From NCBI GenBank assembly GCA_035648555.1, contig DASRLF010000020.1:2606-66605 (forward strand): a stretch of 64,000 nucleotides of DNA, in the 5' to 3' direction. This document shows, piece after piece, positions 38,203-48,110 of the stretch. Both the position numbers and the translations under genes were made by a program. The notes beneath the pieces are model-generated. The model saw only the letters and a program-made list of their open reading frames with translations, was not told the DNA's origin and did not search any database. Within the stretch, counting starts at the first letter, position 1; every line of letters starts with the position of its first letter. This stretch comes from Pseudolabrys sp. Lineage in GTDB: Bacteria > Pseudomonadota > Alphaproteobacteria > Rhizobiales > Xanthobacteraceae.

Positions 38203-39261
38203 TCAACCGGTTGCCGGCGTGAGCACCACGCGGCCGACGATCTTGCCAGCGCGCAACTGATCCATCACCGCGTTCACATCCTTCAGCGGACGCGTCGCGA
38301 CCGGCACCGGTGGCAGACCGGTGCGCTTCACTAGTTCGATCAGCTCCTTCATCTCCGGCAGGCTGCCAACGTAAGAACCCTGGATGGTCACAGCCCGCAT
38401 CGGGATCGGCGGCAGCGACACGGTGAGGTCGCCGCCGTACAGACCGACGATGATGTATTTGCCGCCCTTGATCAGGCTGTCATAGCCTAGCCGCGCGCTT
38501 TGCGACGAGCCGACCAAGTCGATCACCCCCCAGGCGCCGCCTTTGGTGAGATCGATGATCTGCTGCGCGGCATCGGGCGCGGCGCCGTCGATCACGGCAG
38601 CGGCGCCAGCTTTCTTCGCTGCCTCGCGCTTGACCGGATCGATGTCGACCACGATCGCCGAGTGGCCGCCCATCGCCTTGTGCAGCGCCTGGCACATCAG
38701 TCCGAGACCGCCGGCGCCGATGATCACCGTCGGCTCGCTGGCGAGCGTCGGAACTTTCTTGAGCGCGCCGAAGGTCGTGACGCCGGAACAGGCGAGCGGC
38801 GCGGCGCGCTCGGGCGACAGGTCGCCGATATCGAACAGATAGCGCGGATGCGGCACGATCAGATAATCCGCGTAGCCGCCATTGCTGAACACGCCGAGGC
38901 TCTTCATGGCGCGGCAGAGATTTTCCTCGCCGCGCTTGCACGGGCCGCAATTACCGCAGCCGATCCAGGGATGGGCCAGCATGCGCGCGCCGATCTTGAC
39001 GCTTTTGGCCTCGGGCCCGACCGCGACCACTTCGCCGACATTCTCGTGGCCGAGCGTCACCGGCAGTTTCATGCCGCGGTCTTGCAGGCTCATGCGCTTG
39101 CCGCCGCCGAGGTCGAACCAGCCGTCGGCGAGATGCAGGTCGGAATGGCAGACGCCGGCGGCGATGACTTTCAGCAGCACCTCGCTGCCCTTGGGCTCGG
39201 GCGTCGGCGCCTCGCTAAGCTGCAGCGGCTGGCCGCACACACAGACTTGAAACATACGCAT
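38203..39261 (-). CDS. Zinc-dependent alcohol dehydrogenase (MDR)
   Basis: GVCHSD, LGHE, structural Zn C-x2-C-x2-C-x7-C, GAGGLG. Confidence 0.95.
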   Translation of the reverse strand: MRMFQVCVCGQPLQLSEAPTPEPKGSEVLLKVIAAGVCHSDLHLADGWFDLGGGKRMSLQDRGMKLPVTLGHENVGEVVAVGPEAKSVKIGARMLAHPWIGCGNCGPCKRGEENLCRAMKSLGVFSNGGYADYLIVPHPRYLFDIGDLSPERAAPLACSGVTTFGALKKVPTLASEPTVIIGAGGLGLMCQALHKAMGGHSAIVVDIDPVKREAAKKAGAAAVIDGAAPDAAQQIIDLTKGGAWGVIDLVGSSQSARLGYDSLIKGGKYIIVGLYGGDLTVSLPPIPMRAVTIQGSYVGSLPEMKELIELVKRTGLPPVPVATRPLKDVNAVMDQLRAGKIVGRVVLTPATG

Positions 39262-39529
39262 GGCATTTCCTCCCGGCCGCGCTAATTTTTGTCACTTCTT
39301 TATAGCGCCCGGCGCGGCCAAAGCATCGGTGCCTGTGTCTGGTTTAACGGCGGTCCGCCATGCGATGATTCCATGCTGTAAAATGATATTTGCTAGGGTA
39401 AAACTGCTGTTTCTATCATATTTCACGTTAAAATAACAAAATTATTCCCACGCGCCACGATGGACGATTTCAGCGATTCTTGCAGCGGCGGCGGTGACTT
39501 CACGCCCGGCCTCCGCTATCCGATGCGCC

Positions 39530-42367
39530 ATGGCCTCCCTCGCCCTCGAACAAGACACGCGCGCGCCGTCCGCACCGCCGTCTAAGGCGTCGAGCGAATT
39601 GATCGATAGCCGCGCCGCCGCCGCCGATCTGGAAAAGATCGCCAAAAGCCATGCCGGCAACGAACGCGACATGCGCAGCGCGGTCGCTCAACGCCTAAAG
39701 GCCGCGCTGATCGAGGGCCGCGCCAAGGCCGAGCAGATGCTGCTCAAGGATCGCCACGGCCGGCGCTGCGCCGAGCGGATCTGCAAACTGGAAGACGAGA
39801 TCATCCGCCTGCTGTTCGAGTTCGCGCGCAAACATCTCTATCCGTCGCAGAATCCGTCCGAGGCCGAGCGCATGACGGTGATCGCCACCGGCGGCTATGG
39901 CCGCGGACTGCAGGCGCCCGGCTCCGACATCGATCTGCTGTTCCTGTTGCCTTACAAGCAGACCGCCTGGGGCGAGTCGATCGCGGAAGCGATCCTCTAC
40001 TGCCTGTGGGACACCGGGCTCAAGGTCGGCCATGCCACCCGCTCGGTCGACGAATGCATCCGCCAGGCCAAGGCGGACATGACCATCCGCACCGCCATCC
40101 TGGAAGCGCGCTTTCTGCTCGGCGATAAAAAACTGTTCGACGAATTACAGACGCGCTTCGACAAAGAAGTGGTGCGCAATACCGCGCCGCAATTCGTCGC
40201 CGCCAAACTGGCCGAGCGCGAAGACCGCGTCCGCCGCACGGGGCAATCACGCTATCTGGTCGAGCCGAACGTCAAGGACGGCAAAGGCGGCCTGCGCGAT
40301 CTCCATACGTTGTTCTGGATCGCGAAATACGTCTACCGCGTGCGCGAGCCGGACGAACTGATCAAGCGCGGCGTGTTCGACAAGCCAGAGTATCAGCGCT
40401 TCCGCGCCTGCGAGGATTTCCTCTGGTCGGTGCGCTGCCACATGCATTTCGTCACCGGCCGCGCCGAGGAGCGGCTGTCGTTCGACATCCAGCGCGAGAT
40501 CGCGGTGCGGCTCGGCTATACCGAGCATCCGGGCCAGCAAGACGTCGAGCGCTTCATGAAGCACTACTTCCTGATCGCCAAGGACGTCGGCGATCTGACC
40601 GCGATCCTGTGCGCCGAGCTGGAAGACAGCCACGCCAAGAGCGTGCCGGTGCTCAGCCGCGTGATGGCGAAATTCCGCCCGGTCAAACGGCGCAAGCTCG
40701 CCGAAAGCGACGACTTCATCGTCGACAAGAACCGCATCAATGTCGCCAGCGCAGGGATTTTCAAGCGCGATCCGGTCAATTTGATCCGCATCTTCCATCT
40801 GGCGCAGAAGCACAATCTCGCCTTCCACCCCGACGCCATGCGCGCCATCACGCGCTCGCTCAAGCTGATCGACGGCAAACTGCGCGAGGATGAGGAAGCC
40901 AACCAGCTGTTCCTGGAAATCCTTACCTCCAAGAACGACCCGGAAACCGTGCTGCGGCGGATGAACGAAGCCGGCGTGCTCGGCCACTTCGTGCCGGCCT
41001 TCGGCAAGGTCGTGGCGATGATGCAGTTCAACATGTATCACCACTATACGGTCGACGAGCACCTGCTGCGCTGCATCGGCATGTTGACCGAGATCGAGCG
41101 CGACGGCGGCGAGACGCCGCTCGCCAGCGAACTGTTTCACAAATTGCTGCCCGGCAACCGCACGGTGATTTACGTCACCATGTTCCTGCACGATATCGCC
41201 AAGGGCCGGCTCGAGGATCACTCGATCGCCGGTGCGCGGGTGGCGCGGCGGTTTTGTCCGCGCCTGGGATTCTCGGCGACCGACACCGACACCGTCGCCT
41301 GGCTGATCGAGCAGCACCTGACGATGTCGAGCGTGGCGCAGTCGCGCGATCTGTCCGACCGCAAAACAATTGAGAATTTCGCCGCGGTGGTACAATCGGC
41401 CGAGCGGCTGAAGCTGCTGACCATTCTCACCACCGCCGACATCCGCGCGGTCGGTCCCGGCGTGTGGAACGGCTGGAAGGCGCAACTGCTGCGCACGCTT
41501 TATTACGAGACAGAGCCGGTGCTCACCGGCGGCTTCTCGGAAGTGAACCGCGCCCAGCGCGTCGCCATGGCGCAGGCCGAATTCCGCGAGGCGATCAAGG
41601 ATTGGCCGCGCGAGCGGCTGGAGACCTATATCGCGCACCTCTATCCGGCCTATTGGCTCAAAGTCGATCTGCCGCACAAGATCGAGCACGCCAAATTCGT
41701 GCGCGTCGCCGAGGACGCCGGCAAATCGCTTGCCACCACCATCGCCTTCGATGCCGGGCGCGCGGTGACCGAGCTCACGGTGCTGGCGCCCGACCACCCC
41801 TGGCTGCTGTCGATCATCGCCGGCGCCTGCGCCATGGCCGGCGCTAACATCGTCGACGCGCAGATCTTCACCACCACCGACGGGCGTGCGCTCGACACCA
41901 TTTCACTGTCGCGCGAATTCGACCGCGACGAGGACGAGGAACGGCGCGCCAACCGGATCGCCGACTCGCTCGAAAAGGCGCTGCGTGGCGAATTGCGGCT
42001 ACCCGACGTGGTGGCCAAGCGCGCGCCCCCGAAAGGACGCATCAAGGCCTTCGCGATCGAGCCGTCGGTTACCATCAACAACCAGTGGTCCCACCGATAC
42101 ACCATGGTGGAAGTGGCCGGGCTCGACCGCACCGGGCTACTCTATGAGATGACCACGACGCTGTCGAAGCTCAATCTCAACATTATCTCGGCTCACGTCG
42201 CCACCTTCGGCGAGCGCGTGGTGGACGTGTTCTACGTGACCGATCTGTTGGGCGCGCAGATCACTTCGCCGACCCGCCAGGCTGCCATCAAGCGCGCGCT
42301 GATCGCTTTGTTCGCGGGCCTCGAAGCGGAGGCCAAAAGTAGAGCCAAAAGCGACGCCAAGGCGTAA
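39530..42367 (+). CDS. glnD: [Protein-PII] uridylyltransferase / uridylyl-removing enzyme
   Basis: ATGGYGRG..APGSDIDLLFL, EPNVKDGKGGLRD, HHYTVDEH, LHDIAKG, two ACT domains. Confidence 0.97.
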   Translation: MASLALEQDTRAPSAPPSKASSELIDSRAAAADLEKIAKSHAGNERDMRSAVAQRLKAALIEGRAKAEQMLLKDRHGRRCAERICKLEDEIIRLLFEFARKHLYPSQNPSEAERMTVIATGGYGRGLQAPGSDIDLLFLLPYKQTAWGESIAEAILYCLWDTGLKVGHATRSVDECIRQAKADMTIRTAILEARFLLGDKKLFDELQTRFDKEVVRNTAPQFVAAKLAEREDRVRRTGQSRYLVEPNVKDGKGGLRDLHTLFWIAKYVYRVREPDELIKRGVFDKPEYQRFRACEDFLWSVRCHMHFVTGRAEERLSFDIQREIAVRLGYTEHPGQQDVERFMKHYFLIAKDVGDLTAILCAELEDSHAKSVPVLSRVMAKFRPVKRRKLAESDDFIVDKNRINVASAGIFKRDPVNLIRIFHLAQKHNLAFHPDAMRAITRSLKLIDGKLREDEEANQLFLEILTSKNDPETVLRRMNEAGVLGHFVPAFGKVVAMMQFNMYHHYTVDEHLLRCIGMLTEIERDGGETPLASELFHKLLPGNRTVIYVTMFLHDIAKGRLEDHSIAGARVARRFCPRLGFSATDTDTVAWLIEQHLTMSSVAQSRDLSDRKTIENFAAVVQSAERLKLLTILTTADIRAVGPGVWNGWKAQLLRTLYYETEPVLTGGFSEVNRAQRVAMAQAEFREAIKDWPRERLETYIAHLYPAYWLKVDLPHKIEHAKFVRVAEDAGKSLATTIAFDAGRAVTELTVLAPDHPWLLSIIAGACAMAGANIVDAQIFTTTDGRALDTISLSREFDRDEDEERRANRIADSLEKALRGELRLPDVVAKRAPPKGRIKAFAIEPSVTINNQWSHRYTMVEVAGLDRTGLLYEMTTTLSKLNLNIISAHVATFGERVVDVFYVTDLLGAQITSPTRQAAIKRALIALFAGLEAEAKSRAKSDAKA

Positions 42368-42376
42368 CATCCGCCC

Positions 42377-43264
42377 GTGATGAGTTCCTCCCCCGTTGCC
42401 ATTGTCGGTCTGGGCTTGATGGGCGAGGTTTACGCCCAACGCCTGATCGACGCTCGTATTGCCGTCACCGGCTTCGACATCGACCCCGCCCGGCGCGCGC
42501 GGCTCAATGAGATCGGCGGCAAGGCGGCCGACAACATTGCCGCGCTCGCCAAGCGCACGCGCTGCATCATCGTCGCGGTGTTCTCGACCGATCAGGTCGC
42601 GGACGTGATCGAGAACCACCTGTTGCCGGCGCTCGGCGAAAATTCGAACAAGATCGTGCTGGTCATGAGCACCTGCGATCCCGATGAGGTGGCCGCATTG
42701 GCCGCCCGCGTGATGCCGCGCGGCATTCGCTATTTGGACGTGCCGGTGTCCGGCACCAGCGATCAGGTGCGGCGCGGCGACGGCGTCGCCTTGATCGGCG
42801 GCGATCCGAAAATCGCCGACGAGGTCGGCGACATCATGGATGCGCTGTTCGCGCGGCGCTTTCACGTCGGCAAAATCGGCGACGGCGGGCGCGCCAAGCT
42901 CGCGGTCAATCTGATCCTCGGCCTGAACCGGCTGGCGCTGGCCGAGGGCCTGGTGTTCGCCGAACGGCTCGGGCTCGACCCGGCGGCCTTTCTGGATGTG
43001 GCGCGCGGATCGGCCTCATACTCGCAGGTGATGGAGACCAAGGGGCCGAAAATGGTGCGCGGCGACTTCTCACCCGAAGGCCGCGCCAAGCAGACCCTGA
43101 AAGACGTTCATCTGATGCTCGATCAGGCAGCCGGCGTCGGGCAGAAACTGGCGATGCTCGAATTGCATGCCGACGTACTTGAAGCCTGCGTGCGCGCGGG
43201 CGAAGCTGACATGGATAACAGCGTCATCATAAAAGAGGTTCGCCGGCGGCGTGTCAAAAAATAA
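42377..43264 (+). CDS. NAD(P)-dependent oxidoreductase, 3-hydroxyisobutyrate dehydrogenase family
   Basis: GLGLMG, LDVPVSG, AKLAVN, KDVHL. Confidence 0.88.
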   Translation: MMSSSPVAIVGLGLMGEVYAQRLIDARIAVTGFDIDPARRARLNEIGGKAADNIAALAKRTRCIIVAVFSTDQVADVIENHLLPALGENSNKIVLVMSTCDPDEVAALAARVMPRGIRYLDVPVSGTSDQVRRGDGVALIGGDPKIADEVGDIMDALFARRFHVGKIGDGGRAKLAVNLILGLNRLALAEGLVFAERLGLDPAAFLDVARGSASYSQVMETKGPKMVRGDFSPEGRAKQTLKDVHLMLDQAAGVGQKLAMLELHADVLEACVRAGEADMDNSVIIKEVRRRRVKK

Positions 43265-43291
43265 GTCGGCAACCGGTCTGGGGAGGATGTC

Positions 43292-44254
43292 ATGAAGAAG
43301 CTTTGGTTCGCGCTCGCCGCTTTGCTGCTGAGCGTCACTGCCGCGCCAGCGCAGGACTTTCCGCAGCGTCCCATCCACATGATCATCGCGTTCGGGCCCG
43401 GCGGCGGCTCCGACATCATCGGCCGCATCCTGGCGGATTCGATGCAGGCCAAGCTCGGCCAGGCCATCGTCGTCGAAAACAAACCGGGCGCCGGTGGCAT
43501 CCTGGGCAACGACTATGTCGCGCGCGCCGCGCCCGACGGTTACACGGTCGGAGTCATGACCGCGGGCCAGATTATCGCCGCCGTCACCACCAAGAAGATG
43601 CCGCACGACGTGCTGACCGCGTTTGCGCCGATCGGCCAGATAGCGACTGCCAGCCTGATGATCGTGACGCGGCCGGATTTCCCGGCCAACAACATCAAGG
43701 AGTTGATCGCTTACGCCAAGGAGCATCCCGGCAAGGTCGTGTTCGCCAGTCCGGGCTTTGCCGCCACCCAGCATTTCGCCGGCGAGATGTTCAAGCAGAC
43801 CGCCAAGATCGATCTGCTGCACGTGCCGTTCCGCACCACGCCGGAAGCCCTCAACGCGGTGCTCGGCAAGCATGCCGACATCATGTTTGACACGGTGTCG
43901 GCGGTGATCGGCCAAGTAAACTCCGGCCAGCTCAAGGCGCTCGCCGTCACCGGCAAGGACCGTTTTCCGGCGGTACCGAATGTGCCGGCGGCCATCGAGT
44001 CCGGTCTGCTGCCCGGCTACGACGTCACCACCTGGTACGGTCTGTTTGCGTCGCGCGGCACGCCGCCGGACGTCATCGCCAAGCTGAACAAGACGCTCAA
44101 TGAGAGCCTCGCCGACGAGACCGTCAAGAAGCGCCTGGAAACGGTCGGTGTGGTGGTCCAGGGCTCGACGCCGCAGCAGTTCGGCGATTTCCTGGCGAGC
44201 GAATACAAAAGATGGAGCGACGTCCGGATCGCCGCCGGTCTGCCCCAGCAATAG
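43292..44254 (+). CDS. Bug/TctC tripartite tricarboxylate transporter substrate-binding protein
   Basis: Signal peptide; FP.RPI..IIAFGPGGGSD, VVENKPGAGG, APDGYT, HVPFR. Confidence 0.93.
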   Translation: MKKLWFALAALLLSVTAAPAQDFPQRPIHMIIAFGPGGGSDIIGRILADSMQAKLGQAIVVENKPGAGGILGNDYVARAAPDGYTVGVMTAGQIIAAVTTKKMPHDVLTAFAPIGQIATASLMIVTRPDFPANNIKELIAYAKEHPGKVVFASPGFAATQHFAGEMFKQTAKIDLLHVPFRTTPEALNAVLGKHADIMFDTVSAVIGQVNSGQLKALAVTGKDRFPAVPNVPAAIESGLLPGYDVTTWYGLFASRGTPPDVIAKLNKTLNESLADETVKKRLETVGVVVQGSTPQQFGDFLASEYKRWSDVRIAAGLPQQ

Positions 44255-44264
44255 GAAACGCACC

Positions 44265-44648
44265 ATGGACGACAAAGATCAGCACGCGCGCGGACTGAAG
44301 CTGCGCACAGAGATGTTCGGCCGCGAAGCGGTCGAAAAGCGCATGAGCGCATTCGGCGAATTCGGCAAGCCGCTGCAGCACATCATCAATGCTTATGCAT
44401 ACGGCGATGTCTGGAGCCGCACGGCGCTGCCGCCCGCGACCAAATCGCTCGCCATGATCGCGATGATGGGCGCGGCCGGGCATTCAAACGAACTGCGCGT
44501 GCATCTCAATGGCGCTATGAAGAGCGGCTGCACGCCAGAGCAGATCCAGGAAGTGCTCCTGCTGCTTACTCTTTATTGCGGCATTCCGGCATCGAACGAG
44601 GCGCACCGGATCGCCGCCGAGGTGCTGCGCGAACACGGCAAACTGTAG
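44265..44648 (+). CDS. Carboxymuconolactone decarboxylase (CMD/AhpD-like) family protein
   Basis: AYGDVWSR..L, ELRVHLNGA..GCT.EQIQEVLL...YCGIPA. Confidence 0.85.
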   Translation: MDDKDQHARGLKLRTEMFGREAVEKRMSAFGEFGKPLQHIINAYAYGDVWSRTALPPATKSLAMIAMMGAAGHSNELRVHLNGAMKSGCTPEQIQEVLLLLTLYCGIPASNEAHRIAAEVLREHGKL

Positions 44649-44770
44649 GTCCGCAAGACCCCGCATTTGCTCGCTAATTCCCGCTTAACGGCCCCTTAAA
44701 TCGCCCGCTTTAGCGTGCCTTTTGGGGGCCGGCGCCGTTGCCGCCGGCATGTATAAAGTCGGGTTGCGTA

Positions 44771-46879
44771 ATGGCGGGACGGGGACAAACGGGCGCGCGC
44801 CGGGAGCCGGTGTTCGACAGCGGTCCCGATTTGCGCGCCGACGCGAGCGAGCGGCCCGGCAACGGCAAACCACCCACAAAACGAAGACGTCCGAAAAAAT
44901 CGCGCAAGAAGCGATCGCGGCGCTCGCTGCTCGGCCGCATGATCTATTGGAGCTTCGTGCTCGGCCTGTGGCTGGTGATCGGCGCGGTCGGCGTCGTGGC
45001 CTGGACCGGCGCGCATCTGCCGCCGATCCAGTCGCTGGAAATTCCGAAACGCCTGCCCTCGATCCAGATCGTCGACGTCAACGGCCGCCCGCTCGCCACG
45101 CGTGGCGACGCCGGCGGCGCCGTGCTGCCGCTCAAGGAAATGCCGGGCTATGTGCCAAAAGCCTTCGTCGCCATCGAGGACCGGCGCTTCTACGAGCATT
45201 ACGGCGTCGATCCCTGGGGCATTTCGCGCGCGCTGATCGCCAACATCCTGCACCGCGGCGTGGCGCAAGGCGGCTCCACCATCACGCAGCAGCTGGCGAA
45301 GAATCTGTTTCTCACTCAAGAGCGCACCATCCATCGCAAACTGCAGGAGGCGATGCTCGCGATCTGGCTGGAGCGAAAATTCACCAAGACGCAGATTCTC
45401 GAACTCTATCTCAACCGCGTTTACTTCGGTTCGGGCGCCTATGGCATCGAGCAGGCCGCGCAGCGTTATTTCGGGAAATCCGCGCGGCAACTCTCGCTGC
45501 CGGAAGCGGCGATCCTCGCCGGCCTGGTGAAGTCGCCGTCACGGCTGGCGCCGACGCGCAATTTCGACGGCGCCGAACAGCGCGCGCAGACCGTGCTCGC
45601 CGCCATGGCCGAGCTCGGTTTCATCAGCGAGGCCAGTTCGCACGCCGCGGTCGCGCACCCGCCGCATGTGGTGGCGCAGGGCGGCTCCAGCTCGGCCAAT
45701 TATGTCGCCGATTGGGTGATGGACGCGGTCAACGACGTGCTCGGCCACGTCGAGGAAGACATCGTGGTCAAGACCACGATCGACAGCGCCTTGCAGGCGA
45801 ACGCCGAGGCGTCGCTGATCGATGAACTGGCGCAGAAGGGCGACAAGGCCGGCGTCTCGCAAGGCGCGCTGGTGGCGATGACGCCGGACGGCGCGGTGCG
45901 CGCCATGGTCGGCGGACGCAATTACGCCGAAAGCCAGTTCAACCGCGCGGTCGCCGCCAAGCGCCAGCCTGGCTCGGCTTTCAAGGCCTTCGTCTATCTC
46001 ACCGCGCTCGAACACGGATTGACGCCCGACACGATACGGCAGGACGCGCCGATCAAGATCAAAGGCTGGCAGCCGGAAAACTACGGCCATCAATATTACG
46101 GCCCGGTCACGCTGACCCAGGCGCTGGCGATGTCGCTCAATACGGTGTCGGTGCGCCTGACGATGGAATTCACGCCGATGGCGGTGATCCGCACGGCCTA
46201 TCGCCTCGGCATCGCATCGAAACTCGAGCCCAATGCCTCGATCGCGCTCGGCACCTCGGAAGTCTCGCCGCTCGAACTGATCAGCGCTTATGCGCCGTTC
46301 GCCAATGGCGGGCTGGCCGTGGTGCCGCACGTGGTCGAACGCATCACCGCGAGCAACGGCAAGGTGCTTTATACCCGCAACGAACAGCCGCTCGGCCGCA
46401 TCATCGACGCGCGCTACGTCGGCATGATGAACGACATGATGGCGCAGACCTTGACCATCGGCACCGCGCACAAGGCCGCACTGCCCGGCTGGCCGGCCGC
46501 CGGCAAGACCGGCACCAGCCAAGATTTTCGCGACGCCTGGTTCATCGGCTACACCGCGCACCTCGTCACCGGCGTTTGGCTCGGCAATGACGACGGCACG
46601 CCGACCAAAAAAATCACCGGCGGCAGCCTGCCGGTCGATATCTGGAGCCGCTTCATGCGCACCGCGCATCAGGGCGTGCCGGTTGCCGCCCTGCCCGGCC
46701 CGCCGGCCGCTGGTGTGATGTCCGGATTGTTCAGCAACAACGCGCCGGCACCCGCAACCGAGAGCGCAGCGCCAACGCCACCGGCGCCGATTCAATCGGC
46801 CGGCAATACGCCCAATGCACGCGGCGCCAGTCTCGACGGCTGGCTGCTCGACAATCTGTTCGGGCGCAGCAGAAATTAG
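44771..46879 (+). CDS. Class A penicillin-binding protein (PBP1A family)
   Basis: EDRRFYEH, GGSTITQQLAKN, RKLQE; transpeptidase motifs SAFK, SLN, KTG. Confidence 0.95.
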   Translation: MAGRGQTGARREPVFDSGPDLRADASERPGNGKPPTKRRRPKKSRKKRSRRSLLGRMIYWSFVLGLWLVIGAVGVVAWTGAHLPPIQSLEIPKRLPSIQIVDVNGRPLATRGDAGGAVLPLKEMPGYVPKAFVAIEDRRFYEHYGVDPWGISRALIANILHRGVAQGGSTITQQLAKNLFLTQERTIHRKLQEAMLAIWLERKFTKTQILELYLNRVYFGSGAYGIEQAAQRYFGKSARQLSLPEAAILAGLVKSPSRLAPTRNFDGAEQRAQTVLAAMAELGFISEASSHAAVAHPPHVVAQGGSSSANYVADWVMDAVNDVLGHVEEDIVVKTTIDSALQANAEASLIDELAQKGDKAGVSQGALVAMTPDGAVRAMVGGRNYAESQFNRAVAAKRQPGSAFKAFVYLTALEHGLTPDTIRQDAPIKIKGWQPENYGHQYYGPVTLTQALAMSLNTVSVRLTMEFTPMAVIRTAYRLGIASKLEPNASIALGTSEVSPLELISAYAPFANGGLAVVPHVVERITASNGKVLYTRNEQPLGRIIDARYVGMMNDMMAQTLTIGTAHKAALPGWPAAGKTGTSQDFRDAWFIGYTAHLVTGVWLGNDDGTPTKKITGGSLPVDIWSRFMRTAHQGVPVAALPGPPAAGVMSGLFSNNAPAPATESAAPTPPAPIQSAGNTPNARGASLDGWLLDNLFGRSRN

Positions 46880-48078
46880 TGCGGCTGAGCGACGCGCGCC
46901 CGTAACGCACGCGTCAAAATCCACAATAACAATGTCGCGCAGCCCATGACCGCCACCGCGGCGGCCAGCGGCCAGGCGTTTGCACCAAGCAGAGTGCCGA
47001 CCACCGCCCCACACAGCGCGGCCATCGTCTGCTGCACAAACCCCAGCAGCGACGACGCCGCGCCGGCCCGCTCCGGAAACGGCGTCATGGCGCCGGCAAA
47101 CGACTGCGGCAGGACCATGCCGAGGCCGGCGAGATAGATCGCCACCGGCATCACCAATGACGCCGCCGATGTCAGGCCAAGCGCGAGTACCGCCATCATG
47201 ATGAGACCGCCGGCAGCGCAGGCGCTAGCGCCGATACCAATGGTTCGGTCTAGCCCGACTTTGACCACCAGCCGCGCGGCCAGCGCCGTACCGGTCATGT
47301 AGCCGACCGAGCCAAGCGCGAAGGCAACGCCGAAATTAAACGGCGTGAGCCCGTAAAGATTTTGCAACACGAAGGACGCGCCGGAAATCCAGGCAAACAA
47401 GCCGGCATAACTGGTCGAGGCGAGGCCGAGATAGGCCAGATAAGCCGGATTGCGCGCCACCACGCGATAGGATTTGAGCATCGAGGCCGGCGACACCGGC
47501 TCGGCCGCGCGCCGGGTCAGTGTTTCCGGCAATAACAGCCAGATGGTGCCGGCGCCAAAAAGCCCGGCCACGACCAGTGTGAAGAAAATCGATCGCCAGC
47601 CGAAGCCGGTCTGCAAGGCCCCGCCGACGACCGGCGCCAGCACCGGCGCCAGCGCCATCACCGAGCCGATCAGCGACAATTCGCGCCCCGCACGCGCGCC
47701 CGAATAAAGATCGCGCACGATGGCGCGCGCCAGCACGATGCCGCCGGAGCCGCCGATCGCCTGCAGCGCGCGTGCCGTAATCAGCATTTCGATCGAGGTC
47801 GAGAGCGCGCAGGCGAGACTAGCCGCGCAGTAAAGCCCGAGCGCGGCCAGCAGCACCGGCTTGCGGCCGTGCCGGTCGGACACCGGACCGTAGAGGATTT
47901 GCCCGATGGCAAAGCCAATCAAATAGGCGGAGATGGTGAGCTGCACCTGCGCGGTCGGCGCGGCGAGCTGGCGCGCGATGTCGGGCAGCGACGGCAGATA
48001 CATGTCGGTGGTGAGCGGGCCGATCGCACTCAATGCCGCCAGCAGTGCCGTGAGCGCGAAAGTGCCGGAGCGCAACAT
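46876..48078 (-). CDS. Bcr/CflA family MFS drug efflux transporter
   Basis: DMYLPSLP, GPVSDRHGRKPV, 12 TM segments. Confidence 0.93.
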   Translation of the reverse strand: MLRSGTFALTALLAALSAIGPLTTDMYLPSLPDIARQLAAPTAQVQLTISAYLIGFAIGQILYGPVSDRHGRKPVLLAALGLYCAASLACALSTSIEMLITARALQAIGGSGGIVLARAIVRDLYSGARAGRELSLIGSVMALAPVLAPVVGGALQTGFGWRSIFFTLVVAGLFGAGTIWLLLPETLTRRAAEPVSPASMLKSYRVVARNPAYLAYLGLASTSYAGLFAWISGASFVLQNLYGLTPFNFGVAFALGSVGYMTGTALAARLVVKVGLDRTIGIGASACAAGGLIMMAVLALGLTSAASLVMPVAIYLAGLGMVLPQSFAGAMTPFPERAGAASSLLGFVQQTMAALCGAVVGTLLGANAWPLAAAVAVMGCATLLLWILTRALRARVAQPH

Positions 48079-48110
48079 CAGGTGTGACTACAGCAAGCGC
48101 CGCCGCGATG

